From positions 351,670 through 415,669 of the forward strand of contig JBMOPW010000034.1 in NCBI GenBank assembly GCA_049322915.1: a DNA stretch of 64,000 bases. Reading direction: 5' to 3'. The position numbers and the translations under genes are program-made. Below the pieces are notes generated by a model. That model made no database searches, had not been told where the DNA came from, and worked only from the letters and a program-made list of their open reading frames with translations. Origin of the DNA: Candidatus Zhuqueibacterota bacterium. GTDB taxonomy: Bacteria; Zhuqueibacterota; Zhuqueibacteria; Thermofontimicrobiales; Thermofontimicrobiaceae. Below are positions 29,016-37,898 of this stretch, piece after piece; positions within the stretch are counted from its first letter, which is position 1; each line of letters starts with the position of its first letter.

Positions 29016-31853
29016 ATGGTTCAGGAAAAATACTATCATCGTGGGCTTGCAGCAGCACTATTTTTGATCTCCTTCGGCGTCTATCTGGACACAATCGCGC
29101 CAACGACGTCATTCTGGGATTGTGGTGAATTCATCACCTGCTCGTTCATTCTGGGGGTGCCGCATCCCCCGGGTGCGCCGTTTTTTCTGCTCCTGGGCAG
29201 AATTTTTTCGATGCTCCCATTAGCCGCGGATATCGGGCTGCGCGTCAATATCATTTCCGCATTGACCACAGCCCTCACGGTGACGCTGACCTATCTGATT
29301 ATTGCCCGATTGATTCAACTGTGGCGCGGTCAGATAAAAACCATCGAGGACAGGATCATCGTCTACGGCAGCAGCGTTGTGGGCGCGATGGCATTCGCCT
29401 TCTCCGATTCCCTCTGGTTCAATGCTGTTGAGGCTGAAGTATACGCCATCAGCATGTTTTTCACAGCCATCATCGTCTGGCTCGTCCTGATCTGGCACGA
29501 AAAAGCCGATTCCCCGGCCAGCGACAGATACATCCTGCTCATCGCCTATTGCATTGGCCTGGCGATCGGCATCCATTTATTGAATATCCTGGCGCTGCCG
29601 GCCATCTTCATCATTATTTTCTTTCGTAAATATCACACAGAGACTTCTGCCTCTTTCAAATTCTTTGCAGCCACATCCATTTTATTCATCATAGAAATTT
29701 TGCTCTATCTGAAGACGCGGAACATCTGGATTGTTACCGCCCTCCCGCTGATTGCAGTGGCGCTTATCTTTGTCTTCAGAAAGAATCGACCCGAATATTT
29801 CCGGCTATTCCTTTTCACCGGCATGTCGACTCTCATCTTCATCAGCATTTACCCCGGCGTGGTGAAATGGATTCCGAATACGGTTTTATTTCTGAGGAAT
29901 CACGCCGGCGTCGCTGTCACCGCATTGCTCATTGTCCTGCTTAGCCTGGGATTGATCACCGCCCTGGCGCTGGCTGCGCGTTACCGGAATCGGCTGCTGC
30001 AATTGACCATCCTGTCGTTTCTGCTGATACTCGTTGGTGCATCGACGTTCTCCAGCGTCTATATCCGCTCACAGCTCAATCCGGCCATCGATGAGAACGA
30101 TCCGGAGAATCTGGAGAATCTCATCAGCTACATTAACCGCGAGCAATACGGCGACTGGAGCATCATCGAACGGCGAGCGCCGCTCTGGGAATATCAGATC
30201 AAAAAAATGTACATCCGTTACCTGGGCTGGCAGTTCATTGGCAAGGGCTCAACGCTGGGGGCGGATGGCTTTTTGACCGATACCATCAACGTCAGTGGAT
30301 TGTGGGGAATTCCGTTTCTTGTCGGCATTTTGGGCATGGTGTACCATTTTTCCAGAGACCCCAGACGGGCGTTCTCCATCCTCCTGCTGTTCCTTTTCAC
30401 CGGTTTGATGATTGTCATTTATTTGAACCAGACCGATCCGCAGCCGCGCGAACGTGACTATGTCTTTGTCGCGTCGTTTTTTGCTTTTGCCATCTGGATC
30501 GGAGTCGGCGCCGCCGGCCTTTTCGAATCGATATCCGAGTCGATGCGAACTCAACGTCGCTTCAGGCATTTCGCCCTGTTCGCCGCCGCGCTTGTTTTTA
30601 TCCTGCTCATTCCGGTTCGAATGGTCGCTGTGAACTATCGCTCCCATAATCGAAGCGGCGACTACGTCGCTTACGACTATTCATATAATCTTCTTCAATC
30701 CTGTGAAAAGGACGCCATCCTGTTCACCAACGGCGACAACGATACCTTTCCGCTCTGGTTTCTGCAGTATGTCTACAACATCCGAACCGATGTCCGGGTG
30801 GTGAATTTAAGCCTGCTCAATACAAACTGGTATATCAAACAACTGCGCGACCAGGAACCGCGCGTTCCCATTTCCATGACCGATTCGCAAATCGACCAGC
30901 TCAGCCCGATGTATTGGCCGGAACCCAAAACGGTGAAAATTCATGTCCCGAGGGCGATCTATCAGCGGGAACTGGAAGACCTGGAACAGCGCAAGGAATT
31001 CGTCTCCCAGGCGCTGCAAAATCCCAATCCCCCGGAAATGAGTTTCACCCTGGGACCCACCCTCATGGGCAAGGGAATTCGCGTCCAGGACATCATGATT
31101 CTGAATATCATCGCCTCAAATCAGTTCGAGAAACCGACATATTTTGCCGTGACCGTTTCGACCAATAACATGCTCAACATGCACGATTATTTGAGAATGG
31201 ACGGACTGGTCTACAAACTAGTCACCTATCCCGGCGAGAAAATTTCACCCTCGCGACTTGCCGAAAATTTCTATTCAAAGTTCCAATATCGGAATCTCGA
31301 TGATTCAGATGTGTATTTCAATGACAATGTCCTGGGATTGCTCATTAATTACCGATCCGGATTTTTAAGACTGGCCGATTTCTATCGCCAGGAAAAAATG
31401 TATCCAGAGATGGTGGCAGCGCTCGATTCGATGGAAAAATTCATTCCGGAATCGGTTATTCCTCTCCACGATCAGCGTTTGGCCATGGCCATTGGCAGCA
31501 TGTACCTGGATGGCGGTCGTCCCGGGGAATTCGAGAAACGACTGGAGTATTGGCTGAACATGCCCGGTCTGCCGCCGGAAAATGCTGTCGAGATTGCACA
31601 AATCTATTTTGAATATCTGCACAACGCGGAGAAGTCGGAGCAGATCGCATTGAAGCTGATTGAAAGCGATCCCGGATACCTTCGCGGATATTATTGGCTA
31701 TTCAATTTGTATCTTGAAATAAAGTCCTATGCAAAGGGTCTTTCATTGGCTGAAAAATTGGTTCAACTGCGACCCAATGATAGTCAGGCGAAAGCTCAAT
31801 TGCAGCAATTCCAGAAATTGAATACCAGCCAGGATTCTTCCCGCGTGAAATGA
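29016..31853 (+). CDS. DUF2723 / TMEM260-like GT-C membrane glycosyltransferase with C-terminal TPRs, copy 2
   Basis: Same motifs as copy 1 (WDCGEF, HPPGAP, EAEVYA, QPRERDY, GDNDTFPLW); extra hydrophobic insert after FFRKY. Confidence 0.9.
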   Translation: MVQEKYYHRGLAAALFLISFGVYLDTIAPTTSFWDCGEFITCSFILGVPHPPGAPFFLLLGRIFSMLPLAADIGLRVNIISALTTALTVTLTYLIIARLIQLWRGQIKTIEDRIIVYGSSVVGAMAFAFSDSLWFNAVEAEVYAISMFFTAIIVWLVLIWHEKADSPASDRYILLIAYCIGLAIGIHLLNILALPAIFIIIFFRKYHTETSASFKFFAATSILFIIEILLYLKTRNIWIVTALPLIAVALIFVFRKNRPEYFRLFLFTGMSTLIFISIYPGVVKWIPNTVLFLRNHAGVAVTALLIVLLSLGLITALALAARYRNRLLQLTILSFLLILVGASTFSSVYIRSQLNPAIDENDPENLENLISYINREQYGDWSIIERRAPLWEYQIKKMYIRYLGWQFIGKGSTLGADGFLTDTINVSGLWGIPFLVGILGMVYHFSRDPRRAFSILLLFLFTGLMIVIYLNQTDPQPRERDYVFVASFFAFAIWIGVGAAGLFESISESMRTQRRFRHFALFAAALVFILLIPVRMVAVNYRSHNRSGDYVAYDYSYNLLQSCEKDAILFTNGDNDTFPLWFLQYVYNIRTDVRVVNLSLLNTNWYIKQLRDQEPRVPISMTDSQIDQLSPMYWPEPKTVKIHVPRAIYQRELEDLEQRKEFVSQALQNPNPPEMSFTLGPTLMGKGIRVQDIMILNIIASNQFEKPTYFAVTVSTNNMLNMHDYLRMDGLVYKLVTYPGEKISPSRLAENFYSKFQYRNLDDSDVYFNDNVLGLLINYRSGFLRLADFYRQEKMYPEMVAALDSMEKFIPESVIPLHDQRLAMAIGSMYLDGGRPGEFEKRLEYWLNMPGLPPENAVEIAQIYFEYLHNAEKSEQIALKLIESDPGYLRGYYWLFNLYLEIKSYAKGLSLAEKLVQLRPNDSQAKAQLQQFQKLNTSQDSSRVK

Positions 31854-32026
31854 TTGCGTAGATCGGTTCTGGTGTGATGGAGAATCGGAAGAGATTGTCC
31901 ATCATCGTGCGTTAATGTATGACATCTCCTCTTTGATATCCAATGGTAACGGAGCGGGTTCTCCATAATAAGTATTTGAATTCATGTCTGTGTAATTTGG
32001 TCACATGTGTACGGAGTGAGGAAAAG

Positions 32027-32983
32027 GTGATCAGACGAGTCACTATTTCTATTTTGAAAATTGCCGTTAGCCTGGCGCTGATACTATTCCTGTTGATTCG
32101 ACTGGGCTTTGAAGATATTTTAAATCAGTTTGCCTCCGCCAGGCTGAGCTGGCTGCTGGTTGCTGTTGCTGCGTTCACGGTGAGCAATATTCTCGGCTCG
32201 TTGCAATGGGATTTGCTCTTGCGCTACAGGGGGATTAAGCTGCCATTTTCCCGGATCATGTCCTATTATTTCGTCGGTCTATTCTTCAATAATTTTCTCA
32301 TCGGCTACGTGGGCGGCGATGCGTTCCGTATTTATGATATTTCCAAAGTGTCCGGCGATTCATCCAGCGCCTTTTCAACGGTATTCTTCGACCGCTTCAT
32401 CGGATTCGTGATGCTGACCAGCCTTGCCCTGTTCGCCGGCCTGATGTGGCACGGCATTTTCCAATCTCAGACCGTCATCGTCGTCATTCTGATTATTTTC
32501 GTCTGCTGGATTATCTCCTTCTTTTTTCTTTTCAGCCAGCGTATGGCAAGAAGGATTCGATGGTTGGTCGCCCTCATTTTCACCCCAAAAATCAATAGCA
32601 AAATCCGCGAAATCTATCTGAACATCAACTCGTTCCGCTCCTCTAAGGGGACGCTGCTGTGGATCGTTCTCATTTCCACCGTCATTCAGGCGTTGAGAAT
32701 TATGGTGCATTATTTTGTCGCGCTCTCCGTTGGTCTTGATATACATATCAAATACTTTTTCGTCTTCATTCCAATCATCGCGCTGCTGTCCAGCCTGCCC
32801 ATTTCAATCGGCGGAATCGGCGTTCGGGAGAGCAGCGCCATTGCTCTTTTCTCTCAGGTGAATGGTTTTCAGCCGGAGACGATCATGGCCATGGAATTTT
32901 TGGCGTACATGATCGGGCTGATCTCCACCATTCCCGGCGGACTAATTTTCATGCTTCGCAAAGAAATTTCATCACCGGCGTAA
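32027..32983 (+). CDS. Lysylphosphatidylglycerol-synthase-TM / flippase-like membrane protein (UPF0104)
   Basis: VGLFFNNFL..VGGDAFR, VFFDRFIG, LPISIGGIGVRE; about 8 TM helices; GTG start after GAGGA. Confidence 0.88.
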   Translation: MIRRVTISILKIAVSLALILFLLIRLGFEDILNQFASARLSWLLVAVAAFTVSNILGSLQWDLLLRYRGIKLPFSRIMSYYFVGLFFNNFLIGYVGGDAFRIYDISKVSGDSSSAFSTVFFDRFIGFVMLTSLALFAGLMWHGIFQSQTVIVVILIIFVCWIISFFFLFSQRMARRIRWLVALIFTPKINSKIREIYLNINSFRSSKGTLLWIVLISTVIQALRIMVHYFVALSVGLDIHIKYFFVFIPIIALLSSLPISIGGIGVRESSAIALFSQVNGFQPETIMAMEFLAYMIGLISTIPGGLIFMLRKEISSPA

Positions 32984-33032
32984 CCTTTTTTCATCCGAAA
33001 TTGATTTGACCCTACGACCTATGAAGGAAACC

Positions 33033-34064
33033 ATGAAATCGCTACTTTACTTCTATGCGCTCGCAGCGACTCTCGCAGTCCTCATCCTGTCGGACTGCTC
33101 GCGCAAACCCACGGCTCTGGGTTCGGATTACGACATCCGGGTATTGGCTGACTCCACCGTCTGGAATCAGACCGAAGGCCCGCTTCGCGCCATTTTCGAA
33201 AAAGTGGAATACACGCCGCAGAAGGAATTGGTGTTCACCCTCCTGAAAGGCGATGTTTCCAATTACAAGCGTTTCAAAAATCTGATCTTTCTGTCCACGC
33301 TCGAATCGGCCGGAGAAATCTCCCGATCCGTCAATGCCAACCTTTCCGCCAGTGCCCGCGCTGAAATTAATGCCGGCAATATCATGTTTGTCCAGAAAGG
33401 AAATTGGGCACAGGATCAAATCGTCATGTTTCTCATCGGCAAAGATATCAATACGCTGCTGGCGCGAATCGACGAACAGCAATCGGAAATTTTCAATCAA
33501 TTCGATAATCACTGGAATGCGTTCCACGAACAAATATTGTACAAACACCAGGACCAGGTCGATGTGGAGAACCATCTGATCGCAACCTACGGCTGGTCGA
33601 TCCGCGTCCCGGCGGATTATAAGCTGGATGCGCAATCTGCCGGAGATCGGTTTGTGATGTTCCACCGGCCTCTGCCGCCGCGCTGGTTCGCCGTCTACTG
33701 GGTGGAGGAAGCAGATTCGACGCTGATAAATCGCGACTGGTGCATTCAGCAGCGGAACCGAATTGGAGAAAAATTTTACGATCGGGAAATTGTCGAGGTA
33801 CGCTGGGACGATGTGCAGAGCGAACAGGTCATATTCTTGAACCGTCGCGCTCTGAAATTAAAAGGACTCTGGAAAACGCCGGATAACTCAACGGATCCTG
33901 CCGGGGGGCCTTTTCGATTGTACTGTTTTTACGATGAAAAACAAAAGCGCATCTATTTCATTGACTTTCACCTATTCTCACCCGGCCTGCAACGGCTCAA
34001 ACTCCATTACCTGCGTCAGATGGAAATTATTGCCAATACGTTCCGCACCCGGCTGGACGGCTGA
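33033..34064 (+). CDS. DUF4837-family lipoprotein
   Basis: Lipobox-like ILSDC; VLADSTVW, WAQDQIV, GWSIRVP..Y, LKGLW...GGPF, YLRQMEIIANTF. Confidence 0.75.
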   Translation: MKSLLYFYALAATLAVLILSDCSRKPTALGSDYDIRVLADSTVWNQTEGPLRAIFEKVEYTPQKELVFTLLKGDVSNYKRFKNLIFLSTLESAGEISRSVNANLSASARAEINAGNIMFVQKGNWAQDQIVMFLIGKDINTLLARIDEQQSEIFNQFDNHWNAFHEQILYKHQDQVDVENHLIATYGWSIRVPADYKLDAQSAGDRFVMFHRPLPPRWFAVYWVEEADSTLINRDWCIQQRNRIGEKFYDREIVEVRWDDVQSEQVIFLNRRALKLKGLWKTPDNSTDPAGGPFRLYCFYDEKQKRIYFIDFHLFSPGLQRLKLHYLRQMEIIANTFRTRLDG

Positions 34065-34087
34065 AGATTGCCTTGCGGCATGAAAAC

Positions 34088-34133
34088 AAAAAAGCGAACC
34101 ACTGCCGGTTGCGCAGCCGTGATTCGCTTTTTT
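34088..34133. terminator. Bidirectional intrinsic terminator between convergent genes
   Basis: AAAAAAGCGAA...TTCGCTTTTTT. Confidence 0.75.
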
Positions 34134-34166
34134 GCTTTCCATCCATCCCTGCAACGATGCTGAGTC

Positions 34167-35402
34167 TCACCCTTCAGCGATGACTTTTGGCGTCACAATT
34201 TTATCGACATTGATGATGTGCTTGTCCAAAATTTTCATTTGCTCTTTATCTTCCGCTCGCTTCAGTTCATCCACTTCGGTCATATATAAAAATCCACCCA
34301 GGTAACGCTTCTCAGGACTGTACACCGGCGCGAACCGAATTTGCACGTGCGCATTTTGTATTTTAGTTTTATAAGCGAACGAGTTGAACCGCATCTGGCT
34401 TTTCTGGTTGCGCAGAATTTCCACCAGCCAGTTTTCATCATCGCCAACCGGCAGTTCGAAAATGGGTTTCCCAACAACCTGATTCTGAGCCAGTCCGAGC
34501 AGGTCTTTCGCCGTCTGGTTCATCAGAATGACCTTATTTTCTGAATCGCAAAATAGCAATCCATCTGACAGCCCATTCAGCAATACTTCCAGGAGATTTT
34601 TATCGAACGGAGCCGTGGTATCCGCATGAGCGCGACGCGGATTCGGCTTCAATGACAGGATCACATGCTCCACATCGCCCTTTGAATTCTTCACCGGCGC
34701 CGCGTTTTCAATTATCCCTGATGGATTCAATGTCGGCGATTGGCCGGAAAAATTCCCGCCGCGAAGATCGGCATTGAACAGGTTCGTGATGATGCCGAAC
34801 GCATTGGAATCCTCGTTGGATTCGCGATGATCGCGCAGGACGTGAAAACACAGCTTTCCAATCGCATCGTTCTTTTGCACCTGATATTCACTGCAAAATG
34901 ACGAGTTCGCTTCCACCACCTCAAGCTTGCGATTGAGCAAAATCATGGGCGTATTCGAGATCGCCAGGGCCGCCTGAAAATATTGCCATGAACTGGTGTT
35001 CACTTCTTTTTTGGGCTCAGCCACATAAAGCGGCCGTCGTTTGAATTCATTCCGCTCAAGCAGCAGAATGATTCTTTCACCATAGCCCACATCTTTTTTT
35101 AACAGGAACTCTGGTTGAACGGAAGTATCGTTCTTCAATTGCTGGAGTTCTTCACCGGAGACCAGCATCAGGACTGGAATTCCATCCCCCCGAAGAGCAA
35201 TTTCCTGATACGTGGTCAGGCTTTCAATTTCCGAAGAGGTGGAATCGAGAATGATTAAATCATAGGATGCGATTTTGAGTCGGTACCAGCTATCCCTGAC
35301 GGATATGGCAAAATCGACTTTCATCTCTGGGAATGTACCAAGCAGCTTATCCTGCAGAGATTCGATTTCGAAATATCGAAATCCAACGAGAAGTATGTTC
35401 AT
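34167..35402 (-). CDS. Atypical receiver domain + two PAS domains, no output domain
   Basis: MNILLV...YDLIILDS...IPVLMLV...FLLKK (REC fold); PAS: PMILLNRKLEVVEANSSF...IGKLCF and LSDGLLFCDSENKVILMNQTAKDLLG...VVGKPI. Confidence 0.75.
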   Translation of the reverse strand: MNILLVGFRYFEIESLQDKLLGTFPEMKVDFAISVRDSWYRLKIASYDLIILDSTSSEIESLTTYQEIALRGDGIPVLMLVSGEELQQLKNDTSVQPEFLLKKDVGYGERIILLLERNEFKRRPLYVAEPKKEVNTSSWQYFQAALAISNTPMILLNRKLEVVEANSSFCSEYQVQKNDAIGKLCFHVLRDHRESNEDSNAFGIITNLFNADLRGGNFSGQSPTLNPSGIIENAAPVKNSKGDVEHVILSLKPNPRRAHADTTAPFDKNLLEVLLNGLSDGLLFCDSENKVILMNQTAKDLLGLAQNQVVGKPIFELPVGDDENWLVEILRNQKSQMRFNSFAYKTKIQNAHVQIRFAPVYSPEKRYLGGFLYMTEVDELKRAEDKEQMKILDKHIINVDKIVTPKVIAEG

Positions 35403-35568
35403 ACGTTGCCTTTAAATATGATGTCCCTGTGAAATGGAGAACTGGAGTACATCATCTGAGGCAGTGCAAAGAAGTATTGTCGTATCCAGCGAGAGTCTGA
35501 TTCAATTAAACTCACGTAATGTTGAATGGGGGGACGATGACAACCTGTCTCTGGGAAATGAGCAAGAA

Positions 35569-35597
35569 AATATAATGATAAAAACAGTATTTGTCAA
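35569..35597 (-). promoter_or_regulatory. Putative sigma70-type promoter
   Basis: TTGACA-N17-TATATT. Confidence 0.65.
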
Positions 35598-35641
35598 GCC
35601 TATTTCATTAATTTAACAATTCGCTCTATCCGCTTGGATTT

Positions 35642-36205
35642 TCATTGGTAACGACAAGAGATGGAGTCCCCCGAATGGGATTCATGGAAACAGATTAAAT
35701 CTGGAATTTCGGAGCGATTCGTTTCTGTGACTTGAATGAGGTCTGTGTCAGTTCTCTTCGAAATGAGATCTAAAAACCAAGTCGACCGTTTCTGCACTGC
35801 GCCCAAAATGAAGCATGGCGAATCCAGACACGCGAGTATCATTCGTTTGAACTGGGCGGCATTCTTCTCCATTTCGCCAATTTCATCCATGATGATCAAC
35901 TCGGCGGAAGCGATTGCCTGTTGCAGAACCTCAACTCCCAGAGTTTCAAACACGGAGAGATCGAAACGGTAGATATCGAAGACATCCTGACTGTTCATCC
36001 CGGTGTGGGCAAAAACTTTCGCCCGACCATCCAGGCTTTGAAACGTGAATCCCGTTCGCTCGCGATCTATAAAAATCGGTTTAGTCTTAAATCCCCCAAT
36101 CTTCAAATTCGCATACCGCTCCAGCACCCGGTCGACGATCGTCGATTTTCCCACGTGCAGAGCGCCGGTCACAAAGATATTTTTTTTATTGAATTGATGC
36201 ATCAT
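35642..36205 (-). CDS. P-loop nucleoside triphosphatase (THEP1/NTPase_1 family)
   Basis: IFVTGALHVGKST (Walker A), IGGF.T, RTGF, LIIMDEIGEME (Walker B), VTETNR. Confidence 0.88.
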   Translation of the reverse strand: MMHQFNKKNIFVTGALHVGKSTIVDRVLERYANLKIGGFKTKPIFIDRERTGFTFQSLDGRAKVFAHTGMNSQDVFDIYRFDLSVFETLGVEVLQQAIASAELIIMDEIGEMEKNAAQFKRMILACLDSPCFILGAVQKRSTWFLDLISKRTDTDLIQVTETNRSEIPDLICFHESHSGDSISCRYQ

Positions 36206-36220
36206 CGATTTTCTAACGAT

Positions 36221-36253
36221 AAAAAAACCCCGGCTTGTAAGAGCCAGGGTTTT
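36221..36253 (-). terminator. Intrinsic terminator immediately upstream of the NTPase start
   Basis: GC-rich stem followed by 7 T. Confidence 0.8.
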
Positions 36254-36364
36254 GCTCTAATCCTTATTCACGGAATTGTCATCGAAGGACTCGATGACTT
36301 TCTCACCCCTCCTCCGGGGAAAGACGAGAGGAAGAGATTTTGAAACGGTTGGTTGGGGAAATTT
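36221..36364 (-). ncRNA. Candidate ~140-nt small RNA or attenuator leader
   Basis: Bounded by TTGACT-N17-TATCTT (36399-36371) and terminator AAAACCCTGGCT-CTTACA-AGCCGGGGTTTTTTT (36253-36221); internal hairpin GTCATCGA-GTCCT-TCGATGAC. Confidence 0.55.
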
Positions 36365-36480
36365 TAACAAAAGATAATATAAATTTCTGAAAAAGTCAAT
36401 CGGGAAATTAGAATTTTGTAAATTTTTTCCAGACAGCGTTTGTCAAATTCAAAAATGTAGTTGAAAAGTGACAGTGGAAA

Positions 36481-37020
36481 TCAGTGACTTTTCTCTACCT
36501 GCTGTGGCGCCCAAGTTTTCAAAAAATGCAGGACTCTCTCCGGATGATGACCCTTACCTTCTCCGTCCTCCGGCGTGAACTCGAGACTGCCTGTTTCCTG
36601 CACATGCAACATGGCTCCGTCTTTTTCGAGCACAACGAGCGCCGGGAGTCCCAGCGACCAGGGACGACCATATTTTTCATTGAGATCTGCATTCTTATCG
36701 CGATGCCCCACATCGACCAGCACCAGTACAAAATTGCTTCCGAGGCAAGTACGGATGGTCTCATTTTCCTGAAACAACGCATGCAACCGCCGGCACCAGG
36801 GACACCAATTCCCGCCAAACTTCAGCAGGATTCTCTTTCCCTCTTTCTGAGCCTGGACAATGGCTTTTTTGATGTCATCGCGCGCATTGGCCTTTTCATC
36901 ATAAATATTTTTCAGGGGCGATTTTTGAGCTAACTGGCTGTTTGCGTCTGCGGCGCCGGCCAATACAATGCAGCCAAGTATCAGCGAAAAAACAGTATGA
37001 AGCACATTGACTCGGGACAT
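36481..37020 (-). CDS. Exported thioredoxin-family protein
   Basis: Signal peptide; FGGNWCPWC (CxxC); LPALVVL cis-Pro loop. Confidence 0.88.
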   Translation of the reverse strand: MSRVNVLHTVFSLILGCIVLAGAADANSQLAQKSPLKNIYDEKANARDDIKKAIVQAQKEGKRILLKFGGNWCPWCRRLHALFQENETIRTCLGSNFVLVLVDVGHRDKNADLNEKYGRPWSLGLPALVVLEKDGAMLHVQETGSLEFTPEDGEGKGHHPERVLHFLKTWAPQQVEKSH

Positions 37021-37035
37021 TGTTTTTCCTTTCAG

Positions 37036-37812
37036 TTAACGAGCACAGGTTTGGGCGCGACCGCCATCCACGCTATAGGTGACGCCGGTGATCCAGCCAG
37101 CATGAGGCGACGCCAGGAACAGAATCAATTCGGCGACCTCTTCAGCCGTCCCGATTCTTCCCAGAGGATGGGTTTTTTTGCTGTGTTCCACGAATGTCCG
37201 ATAGGCATCTTCATCCATGCCGCCGTTTCTGTGGAGATAAGTCAATGTGACGCCGGGATTCACAGCGTTCACCCTCACACCTTTGGGCGCTAATTCGAGC
37301 GCTGTACAGCGGGTGAATTGATCCAATCCGGCTTTGCTGACGCAGTAAGCCAGCACGCCGGGAAATGCCCGCAGTCCGGTGACGCTGGAAACATTGACGA
37401 CATTCCCCTTCCGCTCGATGAGATAGGGCAACGCCAATTGTGTCAGTTGAAAAATAGACCGCAGATTGATATTCATCATGTAGTCCCAATCCGCAAGTCT
37501 GGTGTTTTCAATCGTGCCATTGGCGATGATCCCGGCGCTGTTGATCAAAATATCAACGCCTCCGAAATGGCTGACGACGCCGTTCAGGCAGCGCTCGACC
37601 TGATCTTCTTTCGTCACATCCGTCGGGAATATCTCCACCTGCGCGCCAAGTTCCCTGATGGACGATGCGACATCTTTCAGCGCGCTGACATTGCGCGCAA
37701 CGAGCGCTAAGCGGGCGCCCTCTCTGGCAAAACTGAACGCTGTCGCCTTTCCGATTCCACTCGTCGCGCCAGTGACAATGGCTACTTTTCCCTGAATTCC
37801 GAATTCCTTCAT
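37036..37812 (-). CDS. Short-chain dehydrogenase/reductase
   Basis: TGATSGIG, NSAG, NVSS, YCVSK, RVNAVNPG, VDGG. Confidence 0.95.
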   Translation of the reverse strand: MKEFGIQGKVAIVTGATSGIGKATAFSFAREGARLALVARNVSALKDVASSIRELGAQVEIFPTDVTKEDQVERCLNGVVSHFGGVDILINSAGIIANGTIENTRLADWDYMMNINLRSIFQLTQLALPYLIERKGNVVNVSSVTGLRAFPGVLAYCVSKAGLDQFTRCTALELAPKGVRVNAVNPGVTLTYLHRNGGMDEDAYRTFVEHSKKTHPLGRIGTAEEVAELILFLASPHAGWITGVTYSVDGGRAQTCAR

Positions 37813-37898
37813 GTTTTACCTCTCTATCGTGTTCATCAAATTAAATTCCGGATGATGCCCTCTCTCCATGGCAGCAATTCCTTCGCTCTCCTCACATG

